Below are positions 27,771 to 32,000 of a stretch of 32,000 nt of DNA, one piece after another; within the stretch, counting starts at the first letter, position 1, and each line of letters begins with the position of its first letter. Origin of the DNA: Candidatus Saccharimonadota bacterium (lineage in GTDB: Bacteria; Pseudomonadota; Gammaproteobacteria; Enterobacterales; Enterobacteriaceae); NCBI RefSeq assembly GCF_000185985.2, contig NC_014909.2:690001-722000 (forward strand), read 5' to 3'. Under the pieces are notes generated by a model. The model had not been told where the DNA came from and did not search any database. It was given only the letters and a program-made list of their open reading frames with translations. The position numbers were made by a program, and so were the translations under genes.

Positions 27771-28388
27771 ATGAAGATTCAGGCTAATTTTTCGAAAAGT
27801 AATAATGGAAAAATTCGGATCATTGCTGGCAAATGGAAGGGACGCAGTATACCTGTAATTAGTAAGATTGAAGTACGTCCTACTCTTTCTAGAATTCGAG
27901 AGACTTTGTTTAATTGGTTGAATCCTGTAATTGTAAATTCGATATGTTTAGATTGTTTTTCTGGTAGTGGTGCGTTGGGATTAGAGTCATTATCTAGAGG
28001 AGCTAAGAAAGTAACTTTTATTGATAATAGTAAAGCTTGCATTAATTTTTTAAAAAAAACTATTACTTCTTTTCAAGAAGATAGTAGTAGCATAACAATA
28101 TGTACTGATTGTGTAAGTTGGTTGAAACAGTTAAGTAAAAATACTGTAACAGGTTATAATATTGTTTTTATTGATCCTCCATTTAATAATAGATTCATAA
28201 TATATGATATAGTATATTTATTAGAAAAAAATAATTATTTACAGAAAAAATCTTGGATTTATATTGAGACGTCTAAATTATTTAATAAAGGGTTATTTAA
28301 TAAAAATAAATTTCCTAATAATTGGGTGTTGTACAGAAAGATAGTTACGCAAACTATTTTATGTTGTATTTATTTTCGAAGTTCTTAA
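27771..28388 (+). CDS. rsmD: 16S rRNA (guanine966-N2)-methyltransferase
   Basis: 205-aa ORF. IRIIAGKWKGR, RPTLSRIRETLFNWL, CLDCFSGSGALGLESLSRGA and VFIDPPF match E. coli RsmD/YhhF (IRIIGGQWRGR, RPTTDRVRETLFNWL, CLDCFAGSGALGLEALSR, VFVDPPF). Confidence 0.88.
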   Translation: MKIQANFSKSNNGKIRIIAGKWKGRSIPVISKIEVRPTLSRIRETLFNWLNPVIVNSICLDCFSGSGALGLESLSRGAKKVTFIDNSKACINFLKKTITSFQEDSSSITICTDCVSWLKQLSKNTVTGYNIVFIDPPFNNRFIIYDIVYLLEKNNYLQKKSWIYIETSKLFNKGLFNKNKFPNNWVLYRKIVTQTILCCIYFRSS

Positions 28389-28615
28389 GAAATAAAATAA
28401 ATCAATATTTTGTAGTTTTTATTCTGCATAAACGTTTCGAAGTGAAGATTTTTGGTTAGTTTTTGTATAGTAAATTGAATTAATGGTATAAATCAGTAAG
28501 CATTTCGGTATTTATTTTTATATATTGTGAGTAATGATGATTCATTATTTATTCTTGTTATAAGAATTGCAGATTATTGAATGCTTAGTAAATAATATAC
28601 ATGACATATTATTTA

Positions 28616-30292
28616 TTATGGACGAGTCCAAAATTTATAGCGATTAATTAATCCGTTTGTAGAACTATCATAGTAAGAAATATTATTAGTATGTTGTAAT
28701 TTTAAATAAATAGAATCAGCCAGTTTTTTTCCTAATTCTACGCCCCATTGATCAAAAGAATAGATATTAAAAATTATTCCTTGGGTGAAGATTTTATGTT
28801 CGTATAGAGCGATGAGAGCTCCTAAAGTATAAGGAGTAATTTTTTTAATTAAAATGGAATTACTTGGATTATTTCCTGGAAGTATTTTAAATGGCGCTGA
28901 ATTAAAATTTATGTTTTCTTCGTAAGGAGTTTTTGAGTTAGTTGTTTCATATTCTTGTTGGATTTCTGAAATGTTTTTACCAAAAGCTAATACTTTAGTT
29001 TGGGCTAAGAAATTTGCAATTAATTTTTCATGATGGTCATGAATAGGATGATGACTGATAGTTGGAGCAATGAAATCGCATGGAATCATTTTAGTTCCTT
29101 GATGTAGTAATTGATAAAAAGAATGTTGTCCGTTAGTTCCTGGTTCGCCCCATATTATTGACCCAGTTTGGTAATTAATAGGATGACCATTGCGATCTAT
29201 GCTTTTCCCATTAGATTCCATATTACTTTGTTGTAAGTATGCTGGAAAACGGTGCATGTATTGATCATAAGGAAAAATTGCTTCAGTTTCCGTTAAAAAG
29301 AAATTATTATACCAAATTCCAATAAGTGCTAAAATTACTGGTAAATTTTCATTTAAAGGAGTATTTTGAAAGTGTAAATCCATTGCATATGCTCCATTTA
29401 ATAATAATTCAAAATTATCAGAGCCTAACGATAACATAATCGGTAATCCAATAGATGACCATAATGAGAATCGACCTCCTACCCAGTCCCATAATTCGAA
29501 CATATTTGTGATTGGGTTAATACCAAATTTTTTTACAGCTTCAGAGTTCGCAGATAATGCTATAAAATGTTTAGATATATGTTTAAGGTTACGATTTGTA
29601 GTTGTTTTTGAAAAAAACCAATTTCGAGCACTGCATGCATTAGTCATAGTTTCTTGTGTAGTAAAAGTTTTTGATGCTATTATAAATAATGTCGTTTCTG
29701 GATTGATTCGATTTAATGTTTCAAAAATATGAGTACCATCTATATTAGATATAAAATGTATGTTTAAATGGTTTTTATACGGTATTAACGTTTCAGTAAC
29801 CATATATGGACCTAAATGTGATCCTCCAATCCCAATACTAACTATATCTGTAATGTTTTTATTTGTGTATCCTTTCCATTTACCTTGGATCACATCTTGA
29901 CAAAATTTTTTCATATTTTCTAGTACTTTATTAATTTGAGGCATTACATCTTGTTTATCTACTACAATAGGTATGTTTTGTCTATTTCTTAACGCTACGT
30001 GTAGAACAGATTTATTTTCGATGCGATTGATTTTTTCTCCTCGAAACATTGCTGAAATAGCTTCATTTAATTCACATTCTTTAGCTAGTTTTATTAATTT
30101 ATTCATTGTTTTATGTGTGATTAAATTTTTAGAATAATCGATTAGAATTTCATTATTAAATGTTTTAGAAAAATGTTTAAATCTATCTGTATCTTGTCTA
30201 AATAAATCAATAATATGTATTTTTTTCATTTGATTAAAATGTCGTTTTAAAGATTTCCATGCTTTTGTGTGGCTGGGATTGATATTTTTCAT
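28616..30292 (-). CDS. pgi: Glucose-6-phosphate isomerase
   Basis: High identity to E. coli Pgi over the full length ([94 protein letters not shown]). The ORF extends to 30310; Met7 (30292) aligns with the E. coli start. Confidence 0.95.
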   Translation of the reverse strand: MKNINPSHTKAWKSLKRHFNQMKKIHIIDLFRQDTDRFKHFSKTFNNEILIDYSKNLITHKTMNKLIKLAKECELNEAISAMFRGEKINRIENKSVLHVALRNRQNIPIVVDKQDVMPQINKVLENMKKFCQDVIQGKWKGYTNKNITDIVSIGIGGSHLGPYMVTETLIPYKNHLNIHFISNIDGTHIFETLNRINPETTLFIIASKTFTTQETMTNACSARNWFFSKTTTNRNLKHISKHFIALSANSEAVKKFGINPITNMFELWDWVGGRFSLWSSIGLPIMLSLGSDNFELLLNGAYAMDLHFQNTPLNENLPVILALIGIWYNNFFLTETEAIFPYDQYMHRFPAYLQQSNMESNGKSIDRNGHPINYQTGSIIWGEPGTNGQHSFYQLLHQGTKMIPCDFIAPTISHHPIHDHHEKLIANFLAQTKVLAFGKNISEIQQEYETTNSKTPYEENINFNSAPFKILPGNNPSNSILIKKITPYTLGALIALYEHKIFTQGIIFNIYSFDQWGVELGKKLADSIYLKLQHTNNISYYDSSTNGLINRYKFWTRP

Positions 30293-30598
30293 AATTTTAA
30301 ATTGATCCAATATGGCTTAGAGTGTTTAATCTAAATAATTTAGCAGACTATATCATTTTTTTAGTTAACGTCAATGTTGGATTCATATGAATTAGTTATA
30401 AGAATTTTTGTATCGTAAAATTGATAGAATAAATAGTAATAGGATCGATCGTTTCAATGACTTAATAAAAAATAATATTTTGTATGTGATGTTAAATAAT
30501 ATGATTTATATAGTTGCAATATATGATAAGATATTTTGATAATACTTGATGGATATGCATAATTATTATGTATATCATGTGTTTTGTGTGATGGTAGA

Positions 30599-31546
30599 TT
30601 ATACTGAGTTGTTGCTAGTGTTTGAATTATTGAAGTTTTTTGATAAATTATTATGAGAATTGCGGTGTACATAATAATTAATCCAATTGTTAAATAGTAA
30701 ATGTGCATGGCTTCTCCAGGTTATTTTAGGAATTAAATTAGAATTATTTTTAGGAAAATAATGGTCTGGTAGACTTGGGTGTAATCCTAAAATTAAATCT
30801 CTATGGTATTCTTGAGATAAGGTATGTGCATCATATTCTGGATGTCCAGTAACAAATATTAATTGATTATTTCGGCTAATTAATAAATATACTCCGGCAT
30901 CGTCAGATTCTGCTAAGATCTCTAAATCTGTATCTTGATAAATTAAATCTTTAGGAAAATATGAAAAACGTGAATGAGGCACTGAAAATATTTCATCAAA
31001 TCCTTGAGTTAATAGTGAATTAGATTTTGTAATTCTATGTTTATAAATTCCTACTAATTTTTTTTTTCTAACAAATTTTGGTAAATTATACAATATTTTT
31101 AAAGCTGCTTGTACTGACCAGCAAATAAATAATATCGATGTGATGTGTTGTTTTGCCCAATTGCATAATTGTTTTAATTTAGGCCAAAAAGTTACATTGC
31201 TAAATTCAATAAGTCCTAATGGAGCTCCAGTGATAATTAACCCATCAAAATACTGGTTTTGAATATCAGAGAATGTACAGTAAAAATTATTTAAGTGCTC
31301 AATGGATGTGTTTTTAGAAATATGTTCATCGATTCTTAATAATTGTACATCAATTTGTAAAGGAGAGTGTGCTAATAGTCGTAGAAATTGATTTTCTGAA
31401 TCGATTTTTTTTGGCATTAAATTAAGTATTAAAATTTTTAAAACACTAGGGATTTTAAAAATATCTTTTGTTTTCTTCAGTATGTGAATATTTTCTTTTT
31501 TCAAAAATTTAATAGCGGGTAATTCGTCTGATACTCGAACTGGCAT
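30599..31546 (-). CDS. metA: Homoserine O-succinyltransferase
   Basis: MPVRVSDELPAIKFL, LKILILNLMPKKI, ENQFLRLL, YFDGLIITGAPL, FICWSVQAAL, VPHSRF and FVTGHPEYDA match E. coli MetA. The ORF extends to 31564; Met7 (31546) aligns with the E. coli start (MPIRVPDELPAVNFL). It has an N/S-rich C-terminal tail. Confidence 0.92.
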   Translation of the reverse strand: MPVRVSDELPAIKFLKKENIHILKKTKDIFKIPSVLKILILNLMPKKIDSENQFLRLLAHSPLQIDVQLLRIDEHISKNTSIEHLNNFYCTFSDIQNQYFDGLIITGAPLGLIEFSNVTFWPKLKQLCNWAKQHITSILFICWSVQAALKILYNLPKFVRKKKLVGIYKHRITKSNSLLTQGFDEIFSVPHSRFSYFPKDLIYQDTDLEILAESDDAGVYLLISRNNQLIFVTGHPEYDAHTLSQEYHRDLILGLHPSLPDHYFPKNNSNLIPKITWRSHAHLLFNNWINYYVHRNSHNNLSKNFNNSNTSNNSV

Positions 31547-31848
31547 AATATTAAGACCTGACAACTCTGTAAGTATTTAATATAGTTGTGTTTATGTTGA
31601 TTAGTGTGTAAGTGTTCACATAAATATGTGTTTTATTTATTAATAAAGATCTGTAATAATCGAGCACTAATTCAAATATATTAATATAGAGCGCTAATTT
31701 TTATATTATATTAGTACCTAACATATATGTAATTTATGTTTTATTCAATAAAAAATATGATAGTTTTTATATAAAAATGTTTGATATTTGTTTGTTTAAT
31801 AATATTAATTAAAGTATGTATTGTGTTTTTTTAAAGATTTTTATTTGT

Positions 31849-31857
31849 GGGGGGGGG
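31849..31857. repeat. G9 homopolymer tract
   Basis: Nine consecutive G on the plus strand (gtgggggggggttg), ~50 nt beyond the 3' end of the minus-strand tRNA-Ile. It is the longest G/C run in the window. Confidence 0.95.
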
Positions 31858-31907
31858 TTGAATAATATTATAATGATATACCTTATTTTATGTTTATTTA
31901 TTTATAA

Positions 31908-31980
31908 TAGGCCTGAGTGGATTTGAACCACCGTCCTCACCCTTATCAGGGGTGCGCTCTAACCGCTGAGCTACAAGCCT
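31908..31980 (-). tRNA. ileT: tRNA-Ile (anticodon GAU)
   Basis: The reverse complement reads AGGCTTGTAGCTCAGCGGTTAGAGCGCACCCCTGATAAGGGTGAGGACGGTGGTTCAAATCCACTCAGGCCTA. It folds as a full cloverleaf: acceptor AGGCTTG/CAGGCCT, D stem GCTC/GAGC, anticodon stem CACCC/GGGTG with loop CTGATAA, T arm GGTGG-TTCAAAT-CCACT. Nearly identical to the E. coli rRNA-spacer tRNA-Ile. CCA is not encoded. Confidence 0.93.
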
Positions 31981-32000
31981 AATTCGTAAATTTTAGTTTT

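Noticed and set aside
7793-30708. Thirteen short ORFs overlapping real genes, either antisense or in alternative frames: 7793-7996, 10682-10909, 13789-14007, 17490-17705, 18149-18430, 20416-20697, 20655-20870, 23488-23673, 24422-24637, 26267-26545, 27779-28042, 29508-29732, 30454-30708
   Set aside because: Each lies wholly or largely within a strongly supported housekeeping CDS (dut, gmk, polA, ubiD, ubiB, ubiE/rmuC, metE, rpoH, rsmD, pgi, metA). All have low-complexity translations, so I treat them as shadow ORFs.
1-32000. CRISPR arrays, tandem-repeat arrays, IS elements/transposases, integrases, phage or defence-system genes
   Set aside because: I scanned both strands and the ORF track. 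There are no regularly spaced direct repeats, no terminal inverted repeats bracketing an ORF, and every ORF above ~140 aa is accounted for by a housekeeping orthologue or the MarR-family gene.

Overview
Extremely AT-rich (by eye about a quarter to 30% G+C), gene-sparse window. It reads like the chromosome of a reduced-genome, Enterobacterales-derived insect endosymbiont (Blochmannia/Wigglesworthia-like); I cannot name the species from sequence alone. I can support 21 protein-coding genes and one tRNA. I found no rRNA, IS element, prophage, CRISPR array or recognisable defence/toxin gene. Calls were made by aligning the supplied translations, plus two short ORFs I translated by hand (rpmG, rpoZ), to E. 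coli K-12 proteins from memory; no database search was possible. Genes: hldD, waaC, waaA (LPS inner core), rpmB-rpmG, dut, yicC, a MarR-family regulator, gmk-rpoZ, polA, dsbA, ubiD, ubiB, ubiE, rmuC, metE, rpoH, rsmD, pgi, metA, tRNA-Ile(GAU). They form blocks colinear with E. coli (rfaD..rfaC; kdtA..rpmBG..dut..yicC..gmk-rpoZ; metE..rmuC-ubiE-ubiB..ubiD; dsbA..polA; rpoH..rsmD). The intervening E. coli genes are missing and replaced by long AT-rich spacers, so about one third of the window is non-coding. Most worth a second look: (1) an abrupt inversion of strand composition at ~608/609 in a gene-free stretch, with the polarity expected of a replication origin and no convincing DnaA boxes; (2) the only non-syntenic gene, a 144-aa MarR-family regulator, followed by a perfect 25-bp-arm GC-rich palindrome that is very unlikely by chance in this composition; (3) a full-length PolA whose 3'-5' exonuclease catalytic carboxylates are all substituted; (4) gene-sized ghost spacers where waaF, ubiJ, udp and ftsYEX would be. 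I see no clear multi-gene novel system here, and items 1 and 2 are the best candidates for something undescribed.
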